A stretch of DNA of 64,000 bases from NCBI GenBank assembly GCA_016700335.1, contig CP065014.1, positions 1,221,479 to 1,285,478 of the forward strand, given 5' to 3'. This stretch comes from Chlorobiota bacterium. GTDB lineage: Bacteria > Bacteroidota > Ignavibacteria > OLB7. A program made the translations under genes and the position numbers. This document shows positions 50,593 through 62,076 of this stretch, piece by piece (positions within the stretch are counted from its first letter, which is position 1; the number at the start of each line of letters is the position of its first letter). The notes under the pieces were generated by a model, which worked only from the letters and a program-made list of their open reading frames with translations, did not search any database and had not been told where the DNA came from.

Positions 50593-51342
50593 ATGAATAG
50601 CAAAAATACGTTTTTACATTTATTATTTTCATTATTTACTTGTTTGATTATTTGTTCTTGTGCAACAACTCAAGATACAACAAAGAAAAAAACATCTGAA
50701 GAATTATTCACAGAAGGAAAAAATTATCTTGATAAAGAGAAATTCGAAGATGCTAAAAAAATATTTGAGTCACTTACTTTAATGGAATCAAATGGAGATT
50801 TAGCAGATAAAGCACAGTTCTATTTAGCAGAAAGTTATTTTTTAAATGATGAATTTAAATTAGCAACATTCCATTTTAATAGGCTCAGAGCCCTTTACCC
50901 TCAAAGTAAATACTATTCTTATTCAATTTTCAGAACTGGAGAAAGTTATGAAAAATCTGCACCACAATATGAAAGAGATCAACAAACATTAAAATATTCA
51001 ATAGATCAATTCAAAGCATTTGTACAAATATTTCCAAACGATGCATTGGCTGATTCAGCAAGAAAAAAAATTGTATCAATAAGAGGAGTATTAGCAAAAA
51101 AAGAAATTGGAGTTGCAAACCATTACATTAAAGTTGAAGAATACAAATCTGCAATAATATACCTTGATAAAATTATTGAAAATTATTCAGATACTGAAAT
51201 TTATGAATTAGCAATTAAAACAAAAATTGAATGTTTGAAAAATTTAGATGAAATAGTTGAAGCAAAAAAAATTGCTGAAAAGTTTTTATCAGAATTTCCA
51301 AAAAGTAAACTTGCAAGTGAGATAAATTCTTTAATTAAATAA
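50593..51342 (+). CDS. bamD: outer-membrane lipoprotein with TPR-like repeats, BamD-like
   Basis: Lipoprotein signal (LIICSCA), helical TPR-like repeats, and size and architecture typical of BamD/YfiO. Confidence 0.6.
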   Translation: MNSKNTFLHLLFSLFTCLIICSCATTQDTTKKKTSEELFTEGKNYLDKEKFEDAKKIFESLTLMESNGDLADKAQFYLAESYFLNDEFKLATFHFNRLRALYPQSKYYSYSIFRTGESYEKSAPQYERDQQTLKYSIDQFKAFVQIFPNDALADSARKKIVSIRGVLAKKEIGVANHYIKVEEYKSAIIYLDKIIENYSDTEIYELAIKTKIECLKNLDEIVEAKKIAEKFLSEFPKSKLASEINSLIK

Positions 51343-51409
51343 TGATTAATTTCAGAATTCAACAAAATTTTTTAAGTTGAATTGTTAATTAAAATATATT
51401 AATAAATAC

Positions 51410-51901
51410 ATGAATGATTTAACACCAAGAATAGTTACTGATTCCTCAGTTGAAATGACTGAGTTGGTTTTACCGAATGATACAAACCAATTAGGTAATC
51501 TGCTTGGAGGGAGGCTGATGCATTGGATTGATATTGCTGCAGCATTAGCAGCTATGAGGCACAGTAGAAGAGTTTGTGTAACTGCTTATGTTGATGGCAT
51601 GAGTTTTCATGAACCTATTAGATTAGGTCAAGTAGTAATTCTCAAAGCATCAGTAAATAGAGTTTTCAAAACATCAATGGAAATTGGGGTTAGGGTAGAA
51701 ATGGAAGATTTAAAAGAGGGAAGATGTGCTCATGCAAATTCTGCTTATTTAACTTTTGTAGGATTAGATGAAAATAGGAAGCCAGTTGTTGCACCTTCAA
51801 TTATTATTTCTAACGATGACGAAAAAAGAAGATGGGAAGCAGCAGGAATTAGAAGAGATGCCAGATTGTTAAGTGATAAAAAAATTAAAGCATTGAAATA
51901 A
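51410..51901 (+). CDS. acyl-CoA thioesterase (hotdog fold, YciA-like)
   Basis: TELVLPNDTNQLGNLLGGRLMHWIDIAAALAAMRHS...VTAYVDGMSFHEPIRLGQVV. Confidence 0.8.
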   Translation: MNDLTPRIVTDSSVEMTELVLPNDTNQLGNLLGGRLMHWIDIAAALAAMRHSRRVCVTAYVDGMSFHEPIRLGQVVILKASVNRVFKTSMEIGVRVEMEDLKEGRCAHANSAYLTFVGLDENRKPVVAPSIIISNDDEKRRWEAAGIRRDARLLSDKKIKALK

Positions 51902-52012
51902 AATATTTTACTATAAGCTGATTAATAAAATTATAATTTTTTACCTTTCTAATTAAAAAATATTCTAATTAACTTATCTACAAACTAAATTTCTCCAATT
52001 TAATATATAAAA

Positions 52013-53665
52013 ATGTTATTTAGATTCTCGATATTGATAATACTATTCTTAAATGTTTTTAAATTAATAGCACAAACAGATTTAGATGCAATTAAACCTA
52101 AATGTTTGTTTACAATTTATGCAGATTTAGTAAATCAATATGGAGTTGATATTGCAAAAAATATTTTGTTAAAACAAGATGGAAACTACCAAAGATCTAA
52201 AAGGCAACAACAACTAGTTACAAATAATAAACATTTTAGATTACATTATGATATATCTGGTGTTGATGCTGTTTCAATGATTGATAAAGATTTAAATTCA
52301 ATTCCTGATTATATTGATTCTGCAAATTATTATTTAGAAAGAACATACGAAATACAAATTAATCAATTAGGATATAAGCCACCTCCAGCAGATAATTTAA
52401 ACCCTAAACAAGGAGATGTTGGACCTGAAATAGATTTATATTTTTGTAATTTACCTCAAGAAATTTATGGAGGAGCACAGCCTGAAGACCAAAATAAAAT
52501 TGATGATAATAGATTATGTTCTTATATGGTTTTAGATAATGATTATAAAGGATATCCAACTTCTGGATATAATGGATTGAGAGTTACAATTGCCCATGAG
52601 TTTCACCATGTTGTTCAGCTTGCTGGTTATAGATCTGATTTATCTCAAAGAAATTTTTATGAAGCAACTTCAGTTTGGATGGAAAGAATTGTTGAACCTA
52701 CTATTCTAGATTATATAAACTATGTAAAAAAATTTCTTGACAGTCCTCAAAAGTATCCATTTTCTACTCATACTACTCAATCATTTGAAGGATATTGCCA
52801 CGTATTGTATTTTGATTATATAACTCAAAAACTTGATAACAAAAATATTATAAAAGAGAGTTGGGAGCTATTTGCAGAAAATGGAAAATGCTTTACATCA
52901 ATTGATAATGCATTAAAAAAGTATGGTTTAAATTTAGAGAATAGTTATTGTGAATTTGGTAAAAGCTGTTATTATACCGGAATTAGAGCAGATGATTCTG
53001 TATATTTAAAAGATGGGTCAAAATATCCAACCATGAAACCTTCAATTACCCAAAATCAGGGTAATGGTAATATAACTTTTGCTGGAGAATTGTTTCCTTT
53101 GTGTTTTGGATTATACAGATCCATTTTTAATGCTAAAAATGGAGTAAAAGATACTATTGATTTTGTAGTTACAAATGGACGATCAAATATTGGATCTGGA
53201 GGTGTTAACTTAGATCCAGATAATTTTAATATTGAAATTTCAACAAGTGAATTTATAAATTCAAAACCGATATATAGATCATACGATACTTTGTTTTATA
53301 ATTTTACTGGTTCTATGAATAGTTTTTGTAATTATGTAATTACAGGTGGTGAAGCACAGTTATCAATAGCTACAACTATTAGTCCACAACCATTTATAAA
53401 TGATGGTGGAAATAAGTTAGTATTAAATTCAGTATTTAGTAATGATGAAATAAAATCTGTTAAAGCATGGGTTTACTCAAGTTCAATGAATAGGATAGCA
53501 GAGTTAAAACAGACTGGCTTGGTAAATTCAAATAACATTTTAGGTTTGGTATGGGATGGTTTAGATTACAATGGTAAGTTAGCTGAAAGTGGAATTTATA
53601 TATATGAAATTGTTGTAAATAACAAATACACTTCAATTGGAAAATTTGCAATTGTTGGAAAGTAA
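52013..53665 (+). CDS. secreted zinc metallopeptidase (HExxH) with a T9SS-type C-terminal sorting domain
   Basis: Signal peptide, a zinc-binding site TIAHEFHHVVQ, and a roughly 80-aa C-terminal tail (LVWDGLDYNGKLAESGIYIYEIVVNNKYTSIGKFAIVGK) resembling Por/T9SS CTDs. Confidence 0.7.
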   Translation: MLFRFSILIILFLNVFKLIAQTDLDAIKPKCLFTIYADLVNQYGVDIAKNILLKQDGNYQRSKRQQQLVTNNKHFRLHYDISGVDAVSMIDKDLNSIPDYIDSANYYLERTYEIQINQLGYKPPPADNLNPKQGDVGPEIDLYFCNLPQEIYGGAQPEDQNKIDDNRLCSYMVLDNDYKGYPTSGYNGLRVTIAHEFHHVVQLAGYRSDLSQRNFYEATSVWMERIVEPTILDYINYVKKFLDSPQKYPFSTHTTQSFEGYCHVLYFDYITQKLDNKNIIKESWELFAENGKCFTSIDNALKKYGLNLENSYCEFGKSCYYTGIRADDSVYLKDGSKYPTMKPSITQNQGNGNITFAGELFPLCFGLYRSIFNAKNGVKDTIDFVVTNGRSNIGSGGVNLDPDNFNIEISTSEFINSKPIYRSYDTLFYNFTGSMNSFCNYVITGGEAQLSIATTISPQPFINDGGNKLVLNSVFSNDEIKSVKAWVYSSSMNRIAELKQTGLVNSNNILGLVWDGLDYNGKLAESGIYIYEIVVNNKYTSIGKFAIVGK

Positions 53666-53670
53666 AGTAA

Positions 53671-53702
53671 AAAGACTCTCTTAACTAATTAAGAAAGTCT
53701 TT
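53671..53702. terminator. weak bidirectional hairpin between convergent genes
   Basis: aaagact...agtcttt flanked by A and T runs. Confidence 0.35.
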
Positions 53703-53718
53703 TAATTTATCAACTATA

Positions 53719-55602
<1,884 letters not shown>

Positions 55603-55669
55603 TTAAATTTTATTTATTTTTTTAATGTAACGATTAAAATCATTATTGATTGAATCTTATAAAATTATT

Positions 55670-55712
55670 ATTTACAAAAATAGTAAGGGGAGACAAAAAA
55701 TGCCTCCCCTTT
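55670..55712 (-). terminator. intrinsic terminator of the 55740..56402 gene, located in the thiC upstream region
   Basis: The minus strand reads aaggggag-gcattttttgt-ctcccctt followed by a U-rich tract. Confidence 0.7.
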
Positions 55713-55739
55713 AATATAATATTATTGAATAGTATTTAT

Positions 55740-56402
55740 TTATTTAACAATTAAAGGTTCAGTTAATCCAGAACCTTTAAAATTAGTAGATTCATCTAAT
55801 TTTAATGACCTACCAACTGTTGTATCTCCTCTTGTAAAGTTAATTGCATTTATACCGATTCCTTCACAAGTTAAAGTTGAATTAGATAACCAATAATAAT
55901 AAGGTTGATTTGCTTTAGTTCTATCAATTTCAGTATTTGAGTTTGATTTAACAAATTTTATTGCTCTAAATGAACCTTCTTTGTCACTGATATTTGCAGT
56001 TATTGTTATATCAGCTGTAGTTAGATTTGATATTCTGGGAGTAAAAACATCTTTCTTATTAAATGAAGTATTATCTATAACATAATTTGCCAATACATCA
56101 TATTGTAGTCCTAAATCAATTTTAGGGCTAATTCCAGCTGGTGAATTGTTCCCATCTTTTGGTGGAATAAGTTGCCAAGCCCAATTGTAAGATCCTTTTG
56201 CATTTATAGGTTTAATTTTGACAGACATTGCTTCAAGTGTATCAACAACTTTACCATTTAAATAAAGTTGAACTTTTGCTAATAAATCATTTTTAAAGGT
56301 TGCTGATTGTTTGATGATATCGAAATCTACTAAAGTTGTAGATTGTTCAACACATGAAGCAATCATAAGAGTTAAAATAAAAGGTAGTAAAAATTTCTTC
56401 AT
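55740..56402 (-). CDS. hypothetical lipoprotein (220 aa)
   Basis: Lipoprotein signal (LMIASCVEQ). No recognisable family. Confidence 0.5.
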   Translation of the reverse strand: MKKFLLPFILTLMIASCVEQSTTLVDFDIIKQSATFKNDLLAKVQLYLNGKVVDTLEAMSVKIKPINAKGSYNWAWQLIPPKDGNNSPAGISPKIDLGLQYDVLANYVIDNTSFNKKDVFTPRISNLTTADITITANISDKEGSFRAIKFVKSNSNTEIDRTKANQPYYYWLSNSTLTCEGIGINAINFTRGDTTVGRSLKLDESTNFKGSGLTEPLIVK

Positions 56403-56603
56403 TAATTTAAGAGAGATATTTTAAAATATAATTTTGTAAACTGTAAAAAATGTCATGCAAAATAACAATTTTTATTGATTTAACTTAAAAAGATAAGTAA
56501 TTTTTTTGATATCATTTAAAAAATTTATTGTTTCAAAATATTGCAAATAAAACAATATTGATTAAAAGTATAATAAATAAAATGAAAAAATTTAATACAA
56601 AAA

Positions 56604-57758
56604 CTAAGAAAAAACTTCTTTCATTTTGTCAAAGAAACTTCCTTTTTCTTTGTTGTTGACTATTGGTTTTATATTAGGGAAATCTGATAATTTGGTAAGT
56701 AAAAGTTTTTCCTCATCATTTAATTTAGTTGGTACAAAAACATTAATTCTAACAATTTGATCTCCTTTTTTATTAGAATTTAAAAAAGGAATGCCCTTAG
56801 TTGCCATTCTAAGTAATTCACCATTTTGAGTTCCTGCCTCAATCGTAATAACGGATCTACCTTTTAAAGTAGGAACTTCTATTTCAGATCCTAAGGCAGC
56901 TTGAGGAAAACTAATTTGTAAATCAAAAACAACATCATTTCCATTCCTCACAAAAAATTCATGCTTCTTTTCTTCAATTAACACGATTAAATCACCGCTA
57001 GATCCTCCTCTTCTACCAACATTTCCACCATTTCTAATTGGAATATAATTCCCATCGCTTACTCCTGCAGGTACACCAATTGTCTCAACACTTTCTCCTT
57101 GAAGTCTGCCTTCACCATTACAACTTTTACAAGGATTGATAACTACTTTACCACTACCATTACAGTTGTTACAACTAACAATATTTACAAACTGTCCGAA
57201 TATAGATCTTGAAACTTGCTTCATTTGACCAGTACCGCTACACTGTTTGCAATTAACAATATCCTTAGAATTAGGGGCACCTTTACCTGAACAATCATTA
57301 CATTTTACCATTTTTTTTATGGTAATATTTTTTTCTACACCTTCAGCAATTTCCTCTAAAGTTAAAGGTAATTTAATTTTCAAATCACTTCCAGGCTCTG
57401 AAATATCAGCTCTGTTCCCACCTCTTTGCTTACTTTGATTGTTAAATAAGTCATCAAAAATACCACCACCAAAAGCCGAGAAGATATCATTAATATCAAA
57501 TCCTGTATTACCACTTCCAAATCCACCGCTACTATTAACACCAGCGTGACCAAACTGATCGTATCTAGAACGTTTTTCAGCATTAGATAATGCATCATAA
57601 GCTTCAGCAGCTTCTTTGAATTTTTCTTCTGATTCACGATCTCCTGGGTTTCTATCAGGATGATATTTCATTGCCATTTTTCTGTAGGCAGTTTTTATCT
57701 CATCATTTGTAGAACTTTTATTTACTTCTAAAATTTCGTAAAAATCTTTCTTGGACAT
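56604..57758 (-). CDS. dnaJ: molecular chaperone DnaJ
   Basis: J domain with HPD (KYHPDRNPGD), a G/F region, and four CxxCxGxG zinc-finger repeats. Confidence 0.95.
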   Translation of the reverse strand: MSKKDFYEILEVNKSSTNDEIKTAYRKMAMKYHPDRNPGDRESEEKFKEAAEAYDALSNAEKRSRYDQFGHAGVNSSGGFGSGNTGFDINDIFSAFGGGIFDDLFNNQSKQRGGNRADISEPGSDLKIKLPLTLEEIAEGVEKNITIKKMVKCNDCSGKGAPNSKDIVNCKQCSGTGQMKQVSRSIFGQFVNIVSCNNCNGSGKVVINPCKSCNGEGRLQGESVETIGVPAGVSDGNYIPIRNGGNVGRRGGSSGDLIVLIEEKKHEFFVRNGNDVVFDLQISFPQAALGSEIEVPTLKGRSVITIEAGTQNGELLRMATKGIPFLNSNKKGDQIVRINVFVPTKLNDEEKLLLTKLSDFPNIKPIVNNKEKGSFFDKMKEVFS

Positions 57759-57773
57759 ATAATAAATTAATTT

Positions 57774-58472
57774 TTAACCAAAAGATGAGAATGATTCCTC
57801 ATTGTTTGAATAAGTGTTTTTCTTTTTGAAAAATATTTTATATACAACATAAATACCTACTCCTAAAATCCCAATCCAAATAACAGCACTAAAAAGTGAT
57901 ACAACTGAAAAAGTTGGTGGGTAAACAGAAACGGTACCATCAGTATTATTATGATAATAAGGTCTAGAATAGTAATAAGCAGGATGGAAAGGAGTACTCC
58001 ACCACATAGAAGTTCTACCTGCTAAATAACCATACATGAAATTATCACCATATCCACCATAATTATTAACTACATAATTACCACCCCCTTGAGTAGTATT
58101 GTTCATCCTTTCAACTTTTCTTGGAACTCCATAACTCCGAGTGTATTCTTGAGAATTAGAAATAGATTTACCACCAAAGGATGGTCTTTGAGTTGTTGTT
58201 GAATTCCATCCACCATTTCCTGTGGTACTTCTAGTACCTCCAAATGAAGGTGTGGTAGTTCTGTTAGGTTGGGTAAAACTTGGCCTGCTTCTATTTGAAT
58301 AAGATGGTGTACTAAAACCTCTACTACTACCAAAGCTACTCCTACCAGAACTCCTAAATCCACCAAAAGAACCTCTCCTTTGTGCGTTTATTTCATCTAG
58401 ATTAATTAAAAATAATAAAACTAAAGAAAATAAAACAGCTAAAAATGATTTAGAAAAAATTACTTTATACAT
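57774..58472 (-). CDS. hypothetical membrane-anchored low-complexity protein (S/G/R/T-rich with repeated PSF(G) motifs, C-terminal TM helix)
   Basis: Signal peptide, RGSFGGFRSSGRSSFGSSRGF...RPSFTQ...TPSFGG...RPSFGG, a Tyr-rich segment, and a C-terminal hydrophobic helix. Confidence 0.5.
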   Translation of the reverse strand: MYKVIFSKSFLAVLFSLVLLFLINLDEINAQRRGSFGGFRSSGRSSFGSSRGFSTPSYSNRSRPSFTQPNRTTTPSFGGTRSTTGNGGWNSTTTQRPSFGGKSISNSQEYTRSYGVPRKVERMNNTTQGGGNYVVNNYGGYGDNFMYGYLAGRTSMWWSTPFHPAYYYSRPYYHNNTDGTVSVYPPTFSVVSLFSAVIWIGILGVGIYVVYKIFFKKKNTYSNNEESFSSFG

Positions 58473-58493
58473 AATTACAATTAAAAAAAATTA

Positions 58494-58979
58494 TCAAAAT
58501 ATATTTTGTGTATCAATTGAATTATCTTCATTCCTAAATTTAATTTCAGCTTTGAAAGTAAAATCAATTGTGTTAGATTTGGTGTCAGTTTTCATCCACC
58601 CAAAAAAACTTTTATCATCGTTAAGATTTCCACCCTTTAATTGAATAAATAACCCAGTTAACCCATCTTGTTGTACATCATTTATAAAAACCATTGTATT
58701 ATTCAAAGTCCCATCACTTTCAATAGTTAATAAATGTAAATTTTGAGCCTCTTCTTCTGAAACTCTTGGCTCAACTGTAATAAGATCTTGAAGATAATCA
58801 TCAAATATATTTTTTGCTTGAATTACACCAGAAGTATTCTCATACTTTATGATTGAGTCAAAAGTTCCATCTTCATCAATATTTATTAAAAGTTCTTTAA
58901 CTTTTGAAATTTGTTCGCCATTGTAATAAATAGCGGTTCGTTCAAGTCTTCCATTACTTTCAATAGAGATTGATACCAT
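58494..58979 (-). CDS. hypothetical protein (161 aa)
   Basis: ORF between grpE and the low-complexity gene. No recognisable motifs. Confidence 0.45.
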   Translation of the reverse strand: MVSISIESNGRLERTAIYYNGEQISKVKELLINIDEDGTFDSIIKYENTSGVIQAKNIFDDYLQDLITVEPRVSEEEAQNLHLLTIESDGTLNNTMVFINDVQQDGLTGLFIQLKGGNLNDDKSFFGWMKTDTKSNTIDFTFKAEIKFRNEDNSIDTQNIF

Positions 58980-59019
58980 ATTTTATTAATAGAAAATTAT
59001 AATTAATTTAAAAAAAAAT

Positions 59020-59577
59020 CTATGATCCTGATGAAACAATAACTTTTGAATGCCTAATAACTTTATCTTTATAAAAGTAACCAGATTCAAGCTCTGAAAT
59101 AATTGTCCCTTCAGGTGCTTCACTAGGTTGATTCATAAGCGCTTCATGAAAGTTAACATCAAAATCCAATCCTAAGCAATCAATTTTTTTAACCTCATAT
59201 TTCATAACTAATTTTTCAAAATTATCCTTTATTAAACTAACTCCATTAAATAAAACATCAAAGTTCTTTTTGTCAAATCCAGTTGCAACTGACCTAGTAA
59301 TATCGTCTAAGATTGGCAAAATATCTTTTAATAATCTTTCATTACTATATTCTAAAATATTTCTAATCTCTAAATCTTTTCTTCTTCTGATGTTCTCAAG
59401 GTCTGCAATTGATCTCATTAATTGATCTTTTAAAACAGCAACTTGATTGCTTGTAACATCTTCAGTATGAATATGATCCGATTCAATATCTTCATTGCTG
59501 TTTAATATTGATAAATCAATTGGATTAATTGGATTATCCAAACTTTCTTCTTTTATGTTTTGTTCTTCGTTAATCAT
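59020..59577 (-). CDS. grpE: nucleotide exchange factor GrpE
   Basis: DQLMRSIADLENIRRRKDLE...LLKDILPILDD. Confidence 0.9.
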   Translation of the reverse strand: MINEEQNIKEESLDNPINPIDLSILNSNEDIESDHIHTEDVTSNQVAVLKDQLMRSIADLENIRRRKDLEIRNILEYSNERLLKDILPILDDITRSVATGFDKKNFDVLFNGVSLIKDNFEKLVMKYEVKKIDCLGLDFDVNFHEALMNQPSEAPEGTIISELESGYFYKDKVIRHSKVIVSSGS

Positions 59578-59591
59578 GTTTTATATTTTAA

Positions 59592-60662
59592 TCAATGTAT
59601 TGTTTGAGTCGAAACTGTTTTTGATATCAAATCTATAATAGAAATCATTCTCGAATAATTCATTCTTTTAGGTCCAATTAAACCTATTGTTCCCAAAGCA
59701 CTTCTAGCATTATATTTTTTAGTTATAATTGAATAGTTCTGTAATCTTTTATCTTCGTTCTCATCACCTATTGTTACTTCAATTTCATTATCTGATCTTG
59801 AATTTTCAAGCAAATGTATAACAACTTCCTTGTTCTCCACAAGTTCAATTATACCCCTTAACTGTTCAATACTTGAAAAATCAGGTTGAGACATTATGTT
59901 GTGTGTTGTAGATAAATGTAATCTTTCAGAATCTATATTGTTAGAAAAAATTATATTAGATTTGTTTAACAATTCTTTAATCAAGCAATTGTAGTTGTCT
60001 GTTACAAAATCTTTAAGTCGATCATGACATGTATTCCTGATTTCGAATAATGTTAAACCAGATAATTTTTCATTTAACAAATTAATTATTTTATCTAAAT
60101 CGGAGCGTTCAATAAAACTTTTAACTTCAATTGTAATAGTTCTTACAAAACCATCTAAAGATAGAACAATCAACACCTTGTTACTAGAGAGTATAATTAT
60201 TTCAATCCTTTCAAGTAAACTATTTAATAACTCAGGAGATGTAACAATACCTAATTGATTAGATATTTTCCCGATTAAGTTAGACGCTTCTTGAAGAATA
60301 CTATTGTTTAAACTGGCTATTGAAATATTTTTTTTAATCGAATTTTCTTCATCCTTATTTAACTTTTCATATTTTAAAAATTTATTAACATAAAACCTAT
60401 ACCCTAAATCAGTTGGTACTCTACCAGCTGAAGTATGGGGATGGCTAATAAAACCTTTATCTTCGAGTGAAGCCATAACATTCCTTAAAGTAGCTGGAGA
60501 TAATGATTCTTCTTCAAATTTAGTTGCTAAAAAATTTGATCCAACAGGATTGGCAGTTAAAATGTAGTTTTGAATTATACTTCTTAAAACTAGTTCTTCA
60601 CGTTCAGTTATCTCCTTAATATGTAAATTATTTATAATATTGTTTTCAGATTGATACAACAT
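59592..60662 (-). CDS. hrcA: heat-inducible transcription repressor HrcA
   Basis: N-terminal wHTH ELVLRSIIQNYILTANPVGSNFLA...SPATLRNVMASLEDKGFISHPHTSAGRVPTDLGYRFYV. Confidence 0.9.
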   Translation of the reverse strand: MLYQSENNIINNLHIKEITEREELVLRSIIQNYILTANPVGSNFLATKFEEESLSPATLRNVMASLEDKGFISHPHTSAGRVPTDLGYRFYVNKFLKYEKLNKDEENSIKKNISIASLNNSILQEASNLIGKISNQLGIVTSPELLNSLLERIEIIILSSNKVLIVLSLDGFVRTITIEVKSFIERSDLDKIINLLNEKLSGLTLFEIRNTCHDRLKDFVTDNYNCLIKELLNKSNIIFSNNIDSERLHLSTTHNIMSQPDFSSIEQLRGIIELVENKEVVIHLLENSRSDNEIEVTIGDENEDKRLQNYSIITKKYNARSALGTIGLIGPKRMNYSRMISIIDLISKTVSTQTIH

Positions 60663-60960
60663 AATATATCTATAATTGAAAAAAAAACTTAAAATGTATC
60701 GCTTTGAATTGAATTCAATTCATCATTTGAACTATTATTTTCTTTAATTTCTAAAATGTTAATCATAAAATTTGAATCACTTATATCTTGACTTAATATT
60801 TTAGAAATAAGATCAATAGACAACTTATTTACATCTTCCTTTGGTTCCAATTCAGATGTAATTAAAAGTTTTAAGTCTAAAGTAATTTCTTTTTTCAAAT
60901 CAAAAAAATAAATTTAATAAGTAATAATATAGAAAAATTTAAATTAAAAATAAATTAGAA

Positions 60961-62064
60961 TTATTGAACTTTATTTGAACTTACAAAACGAATTGTTTTG
61001 ACATCATTTGTTATTTTTATATCATCTAAAACATCTCCATTTTTTGAAGATCTACTTAACATTTTATTTTCAGGTTTAAAAGCATATACTAAATCTGTAG
61101 TTGGATCAACTGAAACAAGTGAAAAAAATCCTGTTAATATCTCATAAAAAGAAGAGTTCCTACCAGAATTTAAGTCAAATTTCAAAATTGATTCATTTCC
61201 TAAAAGATATAGTTGGTTAGTGTTAGAAATTCCTATAAAATTTGGTTCTTTACCAACATACCTATCAATTGGAGGATGTTCTATTTCTAAATTTGTACCA
61301 ATATCTAAACCATTATTCAAGAAAGTCATATATAACAATCTAGGCTTTTCACCATTAGTATAACCAGAACATAAAACTACTAAAGGATTCTCTAGTTCAA
61401 AATTAGTTATAGTTTTACCCATATATATTGCAGGACTTGGTAATAATAAGAATCTTTCAATTTCATAATTTGGATTATTACTACTTATAATTTCAATTTT
61501 ATTTACTCCATTATACTCAGTACCAATAAATACTTTATTTGCTAATGTAGAAATACTAGTTGGATATCCAGAAATGTCTATTTCTCTTGCAATGATATGA
61601 TTTACCACATCTACTAAATAAACTTTTTTAGTATTATGAGAAATAACCCATGCTTGTGATAAATTACTAAATGCCATACCACATATTCCATCATCTTTAC
61701 TTTGAGGAAAACCTACAATTTTAGAAATTATTTTCCGATTCTCTAAAGATAAAATTGAAATACTACCTTCTTCTCTATGATGTAGATATAATCTGTCATA
61801 AGATTCATATATAAAATCGATAGAAGGTACTAAATTTGTTTTGTTAGCCTTAAAAATATCATTCTTAGAAATAAAGCCCCTTGTATCGTTAAATCTTGCA
61901 ATTTCACCATTTACTAATCCATTAGAAATTGTATCAATAGAAAAAATAGAAAGTTCATTATTATCTATTATAGTTGAATCAATTAAATCAGTTCCTTGAC
62001 CAGAACAACCAAAGGAAATTATTAAAATTATAAATGATATAAAATAAAATATATATTTGTTCAT
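60961..62064 (-). CDS. hypothetical lipoprotein, beta-rich (367 aa)
   Basis: Lipoprotein signal (IISFGCSGQG). No catalytic motifs. Confidence 0.5.
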   Translation of the reverse strand: MNKYIFYFISFIILIISFGCSGQGTDLIDSTIIDNNELSIFSIDTISNGLVNGEIARFNDTRGFISKNDIFKANKTNLVPSIDFIYESYDRLYLHHREEGSISILSLENRKIISKIVGFPQSKDDGICGMAFSNLSQAWVISHNTKKVYLVDVVNHIIAREIDISGYPTSISTLANKVFIGTEYNGVNKIEIISSNNPNYEIERFLLLPSPAIYMGKTITNFELENPLVVLCSGYTNGEKPRLLYMTFLNNGLDIGTNLEIEHPPIDRYVGKEPNFIGISNTNQLYLLGNESILKFDLNSGRNSSFYEILTGFFSLVSVDPTTDLVYAFKPENKMLSRSSKNGDVLDDIKITNDVKTIRFVSSNKVQ

Positions 62065-62076
62065 TAAAAAGTATAA

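Noticed and set aside
55603-55739. Possible TPP riboswitch upstream of thiC
   Set aside because: I read the minus-strand leader and found no CUGAGA or ACCUGAUCUGGAUAAUGCCAGCG-like TPP core. The only structure is a GGGGAG/CUCCCC hairpin plus a U tract, which is better explained as the terminator of the upstream lipoprotein gene.
60689-60898. 69-aa minus-strand ORF upstream of hrcA
   Set aside because: It is acidic low-complexity sequence with no start context or motifs and sits in an AT-rich intergenic region. It is probably non-coding leader or promoter DNA.
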